This document shows, in pieces, positions 10,701-20,515 of a stretch of 64,000 bases of DNA. A model generated the notes under the pieces. The model worked only from the letters and a program-made list of their open reading frames with translations, was not told the DNA's origin and did no database searches. How positions within the stretch are numbered: the first letter of the stretch is position 1; each line of letters opens with the position of its first letter. The DNA is taken from IMG/VR virus record IMGVR_UViG_3300042545_001134, positions 186,001-250,000 of that record. One strand, written 5' to 3'. The position numbers and the translations under genes were made by a program.

Positions 10701-13700
10701 TCCGTAGGAGTTTCAGTTGGTGTTTCAGTCGGAGTTGCCGTTGGCGTACTAGTCGGCGTTGCCGTTGGTGTCTCAGTAGGGGTTTCAGTCGGAGTTGCCG
10801 TTTGTGTTGGCGTTTCCGTTGGTGTAATAGTCGGCGTTCCTGTTGGTGTTTCCGTAGGAGTTGCTGTTGATGTCTCTGTCGGAGTATTAGTTCCTGTTGG
10901 TGTTTCCGTAGGAGTACTAGTTGGCGTTTCCGTAGGAGTTGCTGTTGGAGTACTAGTTGGAGTTGCTGTTCCTGTTGGGGTAATTGTTGGCGTTTCCGTA
11001 TTAGTCGGTGTACTAGTTGGCGTCTCTGTAGGAGTACTGGTTCCTGTTGGAGTACTAGTTGGCGTTTCTGTGGGTGTCGCAGTGCCTGTAGGAGTTGATG
11101 TTCCCGTTGGTGTTGTAGTTGGTGTATCCGTAGGAGTTGCCGTTGGCGTTTCCGTAGGAGTTGCTGTTGGAGTTGCGGTTGGCGTTTCCGTAGGAGTCTC
11201 TGTTGGTGTACTAGTTCCCGTAGGTGTTATTGTTGGTGTATCAGTAATAGTTGGTGTACTGGTTCCTGTCGGCGTTTCAGTCGGAGTTGTGGTTGGTGTC
11301 TCAGTAGGAGTTGCAGTAGGTGTTGCTGTTCCTGTAGGAGTTACTGTCGGCGTAATTGTTGGCGTTTCCGTTGCAGTAGGAGTACTAGTTGGTGTCTCTG
11401 TCGGAGTTGCTGTTGGTGTTACAGTGCTAGTTGGGGTTACCGTACTAGTTGGTGTATTTGTTACCGTTCCTGTGGGAGTTTCCGTTGGTGTTACAGTAGG
11501 TGTACTAGTTGATGTTGGCGTTGGTGTTGTCTCGTTAAATATAACATCAACATCGATATCAAAATTACAATCTAATATGTTCACATCGATATCAAAATCA
11601 CAATCTATACACTCACCAAAAACCGAAATCTCTAATTCTTCATTTGTTGGTTCAGTTGGACAATGTTCAGGGTCAATATAATATTGACCTAATTTAAAGT
11701 CAAGACCCGGATGAACACTATATGTGTGTTTCATTAGTAATTGTTCATTTGAGTTACCATTGAATACTACTAAGAAACTATCATCACCTAATGGTGTGCC
11801 GTCCTTCTCAACATTTAAATTAAAATATAGGTTTGATTCACAGTAATTTAAATCGACAGCAATCACTTCGATTGGGTACCCATATTGATTAATTAAATAA
11901 TCTCCATGATTATATAACTCTTTTGGGTGGTCACAGCATGGTTCAATGAAATCTATTGGTTTACTTTGTAATTCTTCAGGAAATCTATCATCAAAGTGAT
12001 AGTTACCATTTGTTACATTTCCAAAATTCTCAATAAACTTATTTGTATAAACTCTAAGTTGGGTTGTTGGTAAAACTTCAAATACTTCATAAATTCCATT
12101 ATTGGTTAAACCCGTAATGACACTCTTCTTAACAGAAGCAAGACAATCTTTATCGGTAACTTTTAATTTAACATATTCATATGTGAACGAATAACCATTT
12201 TCAGGTGCGTCTTGGAATTGTTGATTTGATAATTGGTTACAATCTTTGTATTCAGCAGATAAAATGTAATCATCAACAAGAAGGTCACAAACACTTTTTT
12301 TAATTATATCTCCGTTTGAAATAAAAGTTTCAACATCAATACTTGTGGTACCGCTGTTAATTGTTATTCCCGTTGTGACAACTAAAACATCCGTATCACA
12401 TTTTAAACCATAATTGAAATTACTTCTATATTCAACTTTAGGGTGAATTGTATGTCCCGTATAATTGTCACAGAATGTGGCACCTGATATGGATGATATA
12501 CTATTTCCTGAAGTTCCTTGGAAACCTATTAGTTCGAACAATTCAACGTGACTTTTACCACTTGGTAATGGACATGGGTCATGTTCAACTTTGGCCTGTA
12601 AACCTTCTATTCTAAATTTAACTTCTTTATTTGCACCGTCAATAATGTCAAAATCGATAATTTCATTTTGAGTTATTCCAGTTAATTTAAAGACACAGTC
12701 TTCACCCGGTACTCTCTCAATGTATATGTCCGCATTTTGGTTATAACCAGACACACAGTTTGCGTAAATGTAAAATGGCCATTCTCCACTAGGATTTTGA
12801 ACGCCTGATTTGTGTCCAATAACCTCAATGTATAAATCGGAAACTAATAAACAATCCACCGGTTCATTACAATAGTATTGACCATCTCCTCTTACCTCGA
12901 CACTCATTTCAACAACATTCTTTGTTGTCTCATAATCCGCCTCAAATCGATAATCAAAATAATCTTTTACCGAACAATCTCCAATACCGTACTTAATTGA
13001 AGAGAATCTAATCATCTCTTCACCATTTACATCAGTAAACAGTTCATAACTAACCATTGGTACTTCTTCAGTTGTATATGTTTGACCTGTTGCACCTAAG
13101 AATGGGTCATAGTCTTCATATCCCGCAGTATATCTTGTTATAGTGATAACACTAATAAGTTCAGATAATGCACTTAACCATAATTGTTTAATCTTAACAA
13201 TATCAGGTTCTAAATAATCTTTATAATCACAAATAAGAGCCAAATTAACGGCATCATTACTTGTTAAATCCGTACAGTCATCCATTGGGAATGGATTGTA
13301 CAATTGTGCACTATTTGTTGTGTTAGTTGTCCCACTAACAACCACTGTCATTGCTGATGTTAAATCACTAAATGACGGACCACCGTAAACAATACCATCA
13401 ATTTCAATTGTGGGGTAATATGTTACACCAGTTAAATTGATTAACCCCCTGAAGTTACTTTCTTCACCAAGTAAGGTTTCTAAATCTTCCTCAATTGCGG
13501 TTTCGAAATCGGGATATAAATTTTCAACAAACTCCATTGGTTGGCAATCGAATATGTAAGGGTATTTTGGTCTTCCAAATAGATTATTTTCTATTAGATT
13601 ACCACCCGTCCACAATGTTGTTGCCGGAACTAATTGTTCAATTAGTTGGACCCAATATGGTGTGATTTTATCAACAAATTCATTTACATCGATGAAACCA

Positions 13701-15862
13701 TAAGGACTAAATCCAACTTGGGAAATATAATCTCTATAAATGTCTTCGAGAACAATATAATTTTTCTTATATCTAATCGTATTAGAATTTTTTATTGTAC
13801 CATGTATAAATTTATCTACGAATTCGGCAAATGTTACACCTGTTTGTGGTACCAAATTATTATTAGTACCAAAAGATAGATTTAAGTTTCTACCTCTTCT
13901 ATATATGTCATAATCAATACCTTTTGATGGGGAGATATGAACATTAATGTTTTTTCTGTTTAAAATTAATAATGAATCATCTTCAACAGAATGTGTTTTC
14001 TTGTTATCGATTTCTGTTTTAAGACCATAACCCGTATCTAACCCCGGTAACGTTCTAAAAACATCAAAATAATTTTCACCATAAGTGTATGGTTTGTTTT
14101 TTGTTTTGATTGTTTTTGTTAATCCAGTTAGAATTGAGTTTTCAGTATCCAATATCGTTGGTGTACGGTGGTCTAACGTAATGTCGTACCAACCTGAACC
14201 CTTTTCAAAGAATATTTCGTCCGTTTGGTTGAATGCCCTTCTTGGTAATAAGGTATCGGGGTCAACAGGGTAACCATCTCTATCGAAATTTGTTGTTCCC
14301 GTTACTGTTGATGTTTCGTATGTGTAACCTGTAAGGTTAAATGTCGCAGTTGTGTATGTTTTTTCACCTTGGATGACATCGTAGATGTCTTGTTCCAAAT
14401 CAAAACTTCCCGGAATAGATTCAACTCGGTAAATGTACTCGTCAAGTTTTATTAATGGTTCAGGTGCACCTAAGAATTTTAAGAAAAACTCAATACCCGC
14501 TCTTGTACCTTTTGATTTAAAGATAAACGCCAAGTTTACTAAAAGTCTTCTATAGAATTCATATTCGGCATCAATAAGGTTGAATCCTTTGGAAACACCC
14601 CCATAACTTGAGTCTTGTCTTGAATATAAAACATCCTCTAATGATTTTTCATCAAATAAATTAATTGACGATAAACCTAAATTTTGTGATAAGTTTTTTA
14701 ATAATACGTCGGGTAAATTGTTGATACCATCATAACTTACATTTCTCATGTAAGCAATGTTGTCAATGTATTTTTTTACCTTATCGAAACTTTGTCCATA
14801 TAATTGGAAAACACTTTCCGCCTTTTGGTCTTCAGTGTCAAATTCAAATAATTGTGGAGACGCTAAGAATCTAACCATTAAGTTAGATTTGTAGTCATCT
14901 ATTTGGTCTGAGATATCACTCAGATTTTCAACATATGATTCGTAGTCAAGTCCTGCAATTCTGATGTTCCAATTATCTGACGATAACGGCCAAGTATATT
15001 CAACGTTTTGTAATGTGGTTCTTGAACCATCACTGTTATCCATTGGTATTTGGAAACTTGCAGTGTAAATAGGATTTGTTTCTCTATTTAATAACGCCTC
15101 TTCCAAATCATCCAAACCATTGAAGAACTCTTCAACGATACCGTCATTTGGTCTAAGTAAAAAATTAGATGAATATGTTGTAGACCCACTAAGTGGATTA
15201 CCTAAGACAACAAACTTAATTTCGTTTGCCGAATTCGGTTGTGTGTATTCAATGACAGGGTATGTGTTACCACTAAAAACCGCAACGTACTTACTATATG
15301 ATGAGTATAAGTTTCTTATCTCGTTTTCAGTTGTAGGTTTAATTGCACTGTTTGGTTCAATAAGTGAAACATCAAATGGGTTAAAGAGTTTTGCTCTTTC
15401 AACATAGAATGTTGTTCTATTAAGATTAATATCATAAGACGCATTGAATGCGGTATATGAATTACTTCCAATGGGTCCACCACCCTCAACACTTAAACCA
15501 CCGGGAAACTTATTGATAATACGAGTAACCGATACTAAAATTCTGTCTTTTAATGAACCGAATAAAGATTTGTCGGCGTTTTTCTTATTACTTTTAAAAC
15601 GAATTGAGGATTTCTTTTCCTGTGCTGTTTTATTTTGGGTAACAACAGCAGATGTTTCTTCTTTTAAATTATCTAAAGTTAAAAAATCTGAAAATGGGTT
15701 GTTTTTGAAATTTTTTGCATCCTTTGAAGGTATCGTTTTATCAATATCAAAACTGGTATTAGTCAGCGCGGAACTTCCGTTGGTGATTTGTCTACCAACT
15801 AAGTTATCGCTAAATGTTTGCCCACCGTTCGCTGCCTGACTCGGTACCTTTGTTGTTGCCAT
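7751..15862 (-). CDS. giant baseplate wedge protein (gp7 / P2 gpI-like N-terminal part) fused to about 830 aa of Pro-Thr repeats and Cys-rich distal domains
   Basis: 2703 aa. [30 protein letters not shown] matches the KGT..A/GIE motif of gpI/gp7-type wedge proteins; lies downstream of gp25- and gp6-like genes. Confidence 0.6.
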   Translation of the reverse strand: MATTKVPSQAANGGQTFSDNLVGRQITNGSSALTNTSFDIDKTIPSKDAKNFKNNPFSDFLTLDNLKEETSAVVTQNKTAQEKKSSIRFKSNKKNADKSLFGSLKDRILVSVTRIINKFPGGLSVEGGGPIGSNSYTAFNASYDINLNRTTFYVERAKLFNPFDVSLIEPNSAIKPTTENEIRNLYSSYSKYVAVFSGNTYPVIEYTQPNSANEIKFVVLGNPLSGSTTYSSNFLLRPNDGIVEEFFNGLDDLEEALLNRETNPIYTASFQIPMDNSDGSRTTLQNVEYTWPLSSDNWNIRIAGLDYESYVENLSDISDQIDDYKSNLMVRFLASPQLFEFDTEDQKAESVFQLYGQSFDKVKKYIDNIAYMRNVSYDGINNLPDVLLKNLSQNLGLSSINLFDEKSLEDVLYSRQDSSYGGVSKGFNLIDAEYEFYRRLLVNLAFIFKSKGTRAGIEFFLKFLGAPEPLIKLDEYIYRVESIPGSFDLEQDIYDVIQGEKTYTTATFNLTGYTYETSTVTGTTNFDRDGYPVDPDTLLPRRAFNQTDEIFFEKGSGWYDITLDHRTPTILDTENSILTGLTKTIKTKNKPYTYGENYFDVFRTLPGLDTGYGLKTEIDNKKTHSVEDDSLLILNRKNINVHISPSKGIDYDIYRRGRNLNLSFGTNNNLVPQTGVTFAEFVDKFIHGTIKNSNTIRYKKNYIVLEDIYRDYISQVGFSPYGFIDVNEFVDKITPYWVQLIEQLVPATTLWTGGNLIENNLFGRPKYPYIFDCQPMEFVENLYPDFETAIEEDLETLLGEESNFRGLINLTGVTYYPTIEIDGIVYGGPSFSDLTSAMTVVVSGTTNTTNSAQLYNPFPMDDCTDLTSNDAVNLALICDYKDYLEPDIVKIKQLWLSALSELISVITITRYTAGYEDYDPFLGATGQTYTTEEVPMVSYELFTDVNGEEMIRFSSIKYGIGDCSVKDYFDYRFEADYETTKNVVEMSVEVRGDGQYYCNEPVDCLLVSDLYIEVIGHKSGVQNPSGEWPFYIYANCVSGYNQNADIYIERVPGEDCVFKLTGITQNEIIDFDIIDGANKEVKFRIEGLQAKVEHDPCPLPSGKSHVELFELIGFQGTSGNSISSISGATFCDNYTGHTIHPKVEYRSNFNYGLKCDTDVLVVTTGITINSGTTSIDVETFISNGDIIKKSVCDLLVDDYILSAEYKDCNQLSNQQFQDAPENGYSFTYEYVKLKVTDKDCLASVKKSVITGLTNNGIYEVFEVLPTTQLRVYTNKFIENFGNVTNGNYHFDDRFPEELQSKPIDFIEPCCDHPKELYNHGDYLINQYGYPIEVIAVDLNYCESNLYFNLNVEKDGTPLGDDSFLVVFNGNSNEQLLMKHTYSVHPGLDFKLGQYYIDPEHCPTEPTNEELEISVFGECIDCDFDIDVNILDCNFDIDVDVIFNETTPTPTSTSTPTVTPTETPTGTVTNTPTSTVTPTSTVTPTATPTETPTSTPTATETPTITPTVTPTGTATPTATPTETPTTTPTETPTGTSTPTITDTPTITPTGTSTPTETPTETPTATPTATPTETPTATPTDTPTTTPTGTSTPTGTATPTETPTSTPTGTSTPTETPTSTPTNTETPTITPTGTATPTSTPTATPTETPTSTPTETPTGTNTPTETSTATPTETPTGTPTITPTETPTQTATPTETPTETPTATPTSTPTATPTETPTETPTETPTATPTGTSTPTITDTPTITPTGTATPTETPTVTPTITQSPTDTPTVTPTTTCTLVTTQYLEVKLLGCTNFSLKLFDNPNLTGNANAICDYVVSGTAYGDLGTVYNGTETIAYNDHTHSFNLNPVLQQGECVSSFTVNSVQPVCSCVEVIYVQTTPTPTSTATPTITPTGTSTETPTATPTGTNTPTETPTGTATNTPTETPTVTPTGTNTPTETPTATPTGTSTPTPTETPTATPTNTETPTSTPTGTATPTGTSTPTETPTATPTGTITPTNTETPTSTPTATPTGTSTPTATPTETPTATPTGTSTPTETPTATPTGTSTPTATPTETPTETPTETPTATPTGTATPTGTATPTETPTATPTGTATPTETPTSTPTATPTGTATPTGTITPTNTETPTSTPTGTSTPTATPTETPTITPTGTATPTATPTETPTATPTGTATPTATPTETPTATPTITPTPTETPTATPTATPTETPTATPTGTATPTGTATPTETPTATPTETPTETPTATPTATPTETPTATPTGTATPTGTATPTGTATPTGTATPTETPTATPTGTATPTGTATPTGTATPTETPTATPTETPTETPTSTPPINLILTSCCDVSQFKYVTVDAGAYAIDTNLTTSIFGCCYHLTDIGGNGSDGYYPGTTLFDFTTCEDCLIENPGLYVNVNLDSCCPENPTVNKLDIGVGCSTEYTLPIVGQIINYYGYCYTITSVGSTNEGCAPIYQYYNTCSDCGPCITPTPTVTPTSTATPTGTPTPTVTPTSTATPTSTATPTGTPTPTVTPTATPTATLAVECYNIGPSYTGGWIYYINCTGGTQEQYFNPGETGTLCIDELLTDTNNIAVPTGVQCYDCTPCPPYNPAPLICTCHEITISQEDIDNATGNNNPVTINGAYYPSANGKVFFKYFECGYGNEPRLTMFGVAGIYNICIWSADTRYSPALVYFQGDVQLTAPTSSYVNSLVPCNKPEDCDR
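8298..8456 (-). repeat. coding Pro-Thr repeat tract 3 (about 53 aa)
   Basis: [17 protein letters not shown] repeats in the 2703-aa ORF. Confidence 0.9.
8900..10237 (-). repeat. coding Pro-Thr repeat tract 2 (about 446 aa; 12- and 18-nt units encoding [14 protein letters not shown])
   Basis: Seen directly; includes near-exact tandem 18-mers gttcctgttggagttgct at about 9051-9122. Confidence 0.95.
10541..11530 (-). repeat. coding Pro-Thr repeat tract 1 (about 330 aa)
   Basis: Seen directly in the 2703-aa ORF. Confidence 0.95.
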
Positions 15863-16779
15863 TATACAGTAATCGTATCAAAATTTAAGGTTTCATCAAT
15901 ATCTGTTCTCTCTTCACGAACTTCGTATAATGTTTCATTAAACTCGTCCTTAACTTCGTAAAGATTGTATTGTCTATAGATGTTATTGTTATTATCGTAT
16001 ATCGTGTAGATACCTTGAGAAATCGCCTTACTTTGATTACCGTATAATGCGTGTGCTAACGTAGTTGCGTCATGTTCAACCATTTCAATCTCAACAGTTG
16101 TTGGGTTGAAGTAGGTGTTAGATAAAATAATTTTTTGTGATGGAGTACCAATGAATGGAACCGTGTTTGGTTTATTCGAAGGTGCCGAAGATGGTGTTAC
16201 CGTTAAGAACATCAAGTTCGTAGCCTGTTCACTGTATTGATATCTAATAGACTTTTGTGAAGTACTAGTTAAGTTTGATACAATTGGTGTACAATAGAAA
16301 GACGACGTAACGATTCTATAAAAGTTAGACACCTTCTTATTGTCTGATGAGTTAATATACTCAACTCTATAACCAACCAACCCTTGTGGGGTAAATTTAT
16401 TTCTATCAGCCGATGGTACATTACTTAAATCGATAACCAATCCTCTAACGGATGGTAACGACGCTAAAATACCACAATCAGTAATTGTTGTGCGAATTTG
16501 TTTAGGTCTGATGTGTAAAGTATAGATACCTAAATCAGAAAAATCTGCAGCGGTTAATTTTAAATTGTACAAACCACCCAAAATTTCCACATCGGGAGCA
16601 CTCGTATCGTCTGTTGTATCCGTATTATGGAATACAGGTGTTAGTACATCATTAGTACTAAGTCTTTTTAAAGTCGCAGTTGCATCACTCGTTCTTCCCG
16701 ATACATAGTGGAAGTAAATTTCCACATCTTCTGGAGAAACGTCCGCGGGTCTTATAATTCCGTAACTTCCTACTGCCAT
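15862..16779 (-). CDS. putative baseplate-associated structural protein
   Basis: 305 aa. TAATG-coupled to the downstream gene; late motif at 16791-16798. Confidence 0.5.
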   Translation of the reverse strand: MAVGSYGIIRPADVSPEDVEIYFHYVSGRTSDATATLKRLSTNDVLTPVFHNTDTTDDTSAPDVEILGGLYNLKLTAADFSDLGIYTLHIRPKQIRTTITDCGILASLPSVRGLVIDLSNVPSADRNKFTPQGLVGYRVEYINSSDNKKVSNFYRIVTSSFYCTPIVSNLTSTSQKSIRYQYSEQATNLMFLTVTPSSAPSNKPNTVPFIGTPSQKIILSNTYFNPTTVEIEMVEHDATTLAHALYGNQSKAISQGIYTIYDNNNNIYRQYNLYEVKDEFNETLYEVREERTDIDETLNFDTITV

Positions 16780-16804
16780 GTTTTTTTATTAATAAATATA
16801 ATTT

Positions 16805-17911
16805 TTATTGTTTTCTTATGTTAAAATATCCATTTCCGTAGATTTCTATTTCTCCGGTGTTATCAATTTCAGATAATCGTAAAGTTTTTTCTAAAACTCC
16901 TTGTTTTCCTCTTTCAACGAATATGTCAGAATAAATGGTTGGTTCATCAATAAAACCCAAGAAATGTTCGTTTCTAGTGAGTACTAAATTGAAAACTTCT
17001 TCTTTTGTGAACCCTGAGGTTGCACCCGTAATTGTTGTTACTCCGTCCGCAAAATCTTGATAATATAAATTATCGATAGTGTAGGCACTGTAAACAATTC
17101 CCGATGTTGTTCCTGTTGTTATTCCTAAGTATGTGTTTGAACCATAGAGTTTTTTCTCATCAATTCTACTTCTACCCATTGCAGCATAGTTAAAAATAGT
17201 ATTACCTGTGTTATTAGTGTAATCTAAATCATTCAAATAATCAAGGGTTTGACCCGTAATTGTTGTGTATGGTATAGTAAAACCACTAAATGTACCCATT
17301 GGGTCTGCAACTGTTATATTTGAAGGTACTGTTACTTTCTTTTGTGTTTTAAAGTTCATCCACGGGGTATCAATTGAGATTGCGATGGTTTTCACACCTG
17401 TGGTTGAGAAAGTCTTAGAAATCGAATTTAAAGTGGTTCCAGTGTGTGTTGTTAAGGTACCTGTTGTACCATCACCCCAATCCACCGTAAAATTAATTAC
17501 GTGAATTTCAGACACTTTAGTTGAATCTACGGTATTGTAAACCTGTACGGTATTTCCTGTTTGGGTATATGAAAAATTACAGATTTGTTCAACCTGTTCC
17601 ATTTTACCATCAAAACCAACCATAACCCCCATTTCATCGACCGAACTTTCTAAAAATAATGGAACATCATAACTACCGACAGCAACGGATTCACTAATCG
17701 AAGTCCAAACCGAACCTGACCATTTATAATAACCAACGGAAACATCTCCCGATACGTTATAAACCACATATCCAATCGATGGGGGTAAAGTCGTATCTCC
17801 CGACCATGGAACCCAATTACCAAAATAATCATACCAAAACTGACCCGATAATGAGTGTAATCTCACATTAGGTATGTTTTTTCTTAATATTTTATATGTG
17901 TTCTTTTCCAT
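16805..17911 (-). CDS. PKD-domain putative structural protein
   Basis: 368 aa. FTVDWGDGT is the PKD (WDFGDG-like) motif; located in the baseplate operon. Confidence 0.55.
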   Translation of the reverse strand: MEKNTYKILRKNIPNVRLHSLSGQFWYDYFGNWVPWSGDTTLPPSIGYVVYNVSGDVSVGYYKWSGSVWTSISESVAVGSYDVPLFLESSVDEMGVMVGFDGKMEQVEQICNFSYTQTGNTVQVYNTVDSTKVSEIHVINFTVDWGDGTTGTLTTHTGTTLNSISKTFSTTGVKTIAISIDTPWMNFKTQKKVTVPSNITVADPMGTFSGFTIPYTTITGQTLDYLNDLDYTNNTGNTIFNYAAMGRSRIDEKKLYGSNTYLGITTGTTSGIVYSAYTIDNLYYQDFADGVTTITGATSGFTKEEVFNLVLTRNEHFLGFIDEPTIYSDIFVERGKQGVLEKTLRLSEIDNTGEIEIYGNGYFNIRKQ

Positions 17912-18771
17912 TATCTAATTTTTTCGTAAAAATCTATTGGGTCTCCTGTTTGACCTATTCTTGGTCCGATACTTCCATTAAATTCAAATATTTGATAAGA
18001 AAAATTAGTCCTATCAATAATCACTTTATAGTACATATCGTCTTCCTCCACAATCCCATTGGTGAATGGTACGTTTTTGTTTGTAAAATCAATCACTGAC
18101 CCATCTTTTGCATTATAAAATTTTGCGGTCATATAAAAAGTATTACCAGTAATGGTTGTCTCACTAAAAGGTGAATCATCGGTAAACCAAAAGAAATACA
18201 TATTTTCTTTATTTCTATAATTCGAACCCGTAAATACAGGAAAGTATATATAATCATTAAGTGGAACCGTAGAACCCGATGTAGTTCCTGTATAGAAAAT
18301 TTTTTCACCCAATGGTAGTGCCAAATTTTTAGCAAAGACCATTCTTCGATTTGCGTTATTCGGAGCCTCGTCATTCGGTGTTTTATAAAATTCTAACCTA
18401 AAAAAACTTTCAGTGGATTGTTTTAACATTAACGCATTTTCCTGTAATGTGAAATCAACCAATTGATAATCTTGTTCCCTTGTAACTCCCGTCAATATCG
18501 GATTCAATGGGTTGGACATGTTATATGAATATCGATTAAAATAGAAATAGAACCATATGTCTGTTTGTTGAAACGTCGTACCACTTTTTGTTACACCATA
18601 AGGTTGATGAATGTATCTTACAGTCTCATAATTTTCCGTTGGATTGATTATCTCATAAAGAATTTCTTTTTCAAATACTTCCGCATTCTCCGTCCATCCT
18701 AAATCAGTTTTAAATGTTTGTTCGGTGTTTAATATAATGTTTTGATTTGTGGTCTTTCTTAATATTTCCAT
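17911..18771 (-). CDS. putative baseplate-associated structural protein
   Basis: 286 aa, translationally coupled within the structural operon. Confidence 0.5.
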   Translation of the reverse strand: MEILRKTTNQNIILNTEQTFKTDLGWTENAEVFEKEILYEIINPTENYETVRYIHQPYGVTKSGTTFQQTDIWFYFYFNRYSYNMSNPLNPILTGVTREQDYQLVDFTLQENALMLKQSTESFFRLEFYKTPNDEAPNNANRRMVFAKNLALPLGEKIFYTGTTSGSTVPLNDYIYFPVFTGSNYRNKENMYFFWFTDDSPFSETTITGNTFYMTAKFYNAKDGSVIDFTNKNVPFTNGIVEEDDMYYKVIIDRTNFSYQIFEFNGSIGPRIGQTGDPIDFYEKIR

Positions 18772-18772
18772 T

Positions 18773-20515
18773 TTAACAAATTATTTTAATCACCTTTTTA
18801 ATCGCATCAGTTTTATTGGTGTATTGTTGTTCATTACGTAAATAGAAATTAATATCATTTTTTACATAGTGAATATTATTAATGAATGAATAATTTGTCC
18901 CAAATCCTTCGGGGTCAATAAATCCATGGTCATATACGTCATGCCATTTCCATAATAGTTCATCTTCAAAATATTTTGCATTCTGAGGTAAACCATAAAC
19001 TTGACTTGTGTTTGATGTCTCAATATATGGGGAGAGTTGTCTAAGTTTAACTCGATGATGTGGTTGGTAATATAAACCGACTTTATTGTTCACCGATGCT
19101 CCCGAATAATAATCCATATCGTCTTGTTGGTGGTCAAAAATGGCTGACGGTGATGTTAATTTATTAAACGCCTCACTGACAACTCTTTCTTTTAACTCTG
19201 AACGATTATATTCAATAAATGCACCCGTTAATACCGTGTCCACAGGTATTGTTGCTCCGGTAATAAATGTATACCCCGAATTTGTAAATGTTCCATGAGG
19301 TAATGTTGATTCAACGGATGTTGTACCACTAAAATGTTGGTCAATCCATGTGTCATGAAAATTAAATTTATAACCCACTTTGTGTGGATAATCAAAATAA
19401 CCGTTACCGTTTCTAAAAATTATAGAAACATAAACATCAGTTGGAAGGTATCCTAAATTATTTGTTAATCCCGTCAAAACAAATGGTTCTTTAAAGTCAT
19501 AAACCAATGTTTCCATTTTATTTCTGACAACCAATACATCATTTTCTTGAGCACTGTTTTCAAATACAAGTTTCTTTTCGGTTTCCCAAATAGATGACTC
19601 GAATCCCATTTTATCTAAAATGTATCCGTCACCCGATGTTAAGACTTTGTGTTTGTGGACGTAGTAAGTTGAAATGGTCTCAGATAATCTATTTCTATCA
19701 ACGCATCTTTTACCGAACACAACCGTTGATAATGTTGTACCCGATGGCAACTCAGATTTTGAGATTTCCAAAACATAATTTTCAGAATTAAAATATGAAT
19801 CTCCAACAGAAATAACAGAAAAGGTTCTCCCCGTTTCAGGTACGGTATTGTTTAATGTTCCACCCGATATTACAATGTATTCACCCTTTTTAATTCCGTG
19901 TTCAACAGGACTTGTTAATTTATAGGTTGAACCATTATTTGTAACTCTAAATGGAATTCCATCTTCGGCTTTGAAACTATAAACAGTATTACCCGTTAAA
20001 GTATATTTCATTGGGTGTTTTGTATCACCCGAATAAACATATGATAAAGAAATATTCCAATTATGATATGGTGCAGTTATGGTTGAGATATCAATATGGT
20101 TTGTTAATCCCGTAACAACAATGTTTGGTGTAAACGCACTCAATATTGTTGTTGAGTATGGGTCATTTTTTTCCCTTATAACATCTTCTCTTAAAAATGC
20201 AAACTCATTGTACGGTAAAAATCCATCGAAGTTGGTACCCGTATCGTCCACAACATAAATAGATGTAGATAATGGGTCATATGTTGTCGAACCACTATAC
20301 ATGTTTCTAAAAACCATTCTTAGTTTTCCATGTATCTTATAGTTTGGACTTTCGTTTCTTTCTTTGGCGAATAATACCGACATATCAAGAATAACAGTCC
20401 TATCTCCTTCTCTGAGCAAGTTTTTAGATTCATCTAAATTTATTTTTAGACTTAAATCTTCATCAATCGCTCCGAAGAATTTCTTTTTGGGTAATATGAT
20501 TCTTTTCTTATCCAT
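18773..20515 (-). CDS. putative baseplate-associated structural protein
   Basis: 580 aa, beta-rich, coupled within the structural operon. Confidence 0.5.
   Translation of the reverse strand: MDKKRIILPKKKFFGAIDEDLSLKINLDESKNLLREGDRTVILDMSVLFAKERNESPNYKIHGKLRMVFRNMYSGSTTYDPLSTSIYVVDDTGTNFDGFLPYNEFAFLREDVIREKNDPYSTTILSAFTPNIVVTGLTNHIDISTITAPYHNWNISLSYVYSGDTKHPMKYTLTGNTVYSFKAEDGIPFRVTNNGSTYKLTSPVEHGIKKGEYIVISGGTLNNTVPETGRTFSVISVGDSYFNSENYVLEISKSELPSGTTLSTVVFGKRCVDRNRLSETISTYYVHKHKVLTSGDGYILDKMGFESSIWETEKKLVFENSAQENDVLVVRNKMETLVYDFKEPFVLTGLTNNLGYLPTDVYVSIIFRNGNGYFDYPHKVGYKFNFHDTWIDQHFSGTTSVESTLPHGTFTNSGYTFITGATIPVDTVLTGAFIEYNRSELKERVVSEAFNKLTSPSAIFDHQQDDMDYYSGASVNNKVGLYYQPHHRVKLRQLSPYIETSNTSQVYGLPQNAKYFEDELLWKWHDVYDHGFIDPEGFGTNYSFINNIHYVKNDINFYLRNEQQYTNKTDAIKKVIKIIC

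Noticed and set aside
8900-11530. Possible CRISPR array or non-coding satellite
   Set aside because: Units are 12/18-nt in-frame codon repeats with synonymous variation and no unique spacers; no cas genes are present.
3094-11681. Plus-strand Val/Gly-rich or Leu-rich ORFs (3094, 4382, 4470, 7302, 8929, 9522, 11070)
   Set aside because: These are antisense shadows of the Pro-Thr codon repeats, which lack stops on the other strand; they have no independent signals.
2562-15862. Diversity-generating retroelement acting on the adhesin modules
   Set aside because: No reverse transcriptase gene and no TR/VR pair differing at adenines is visible in this window.
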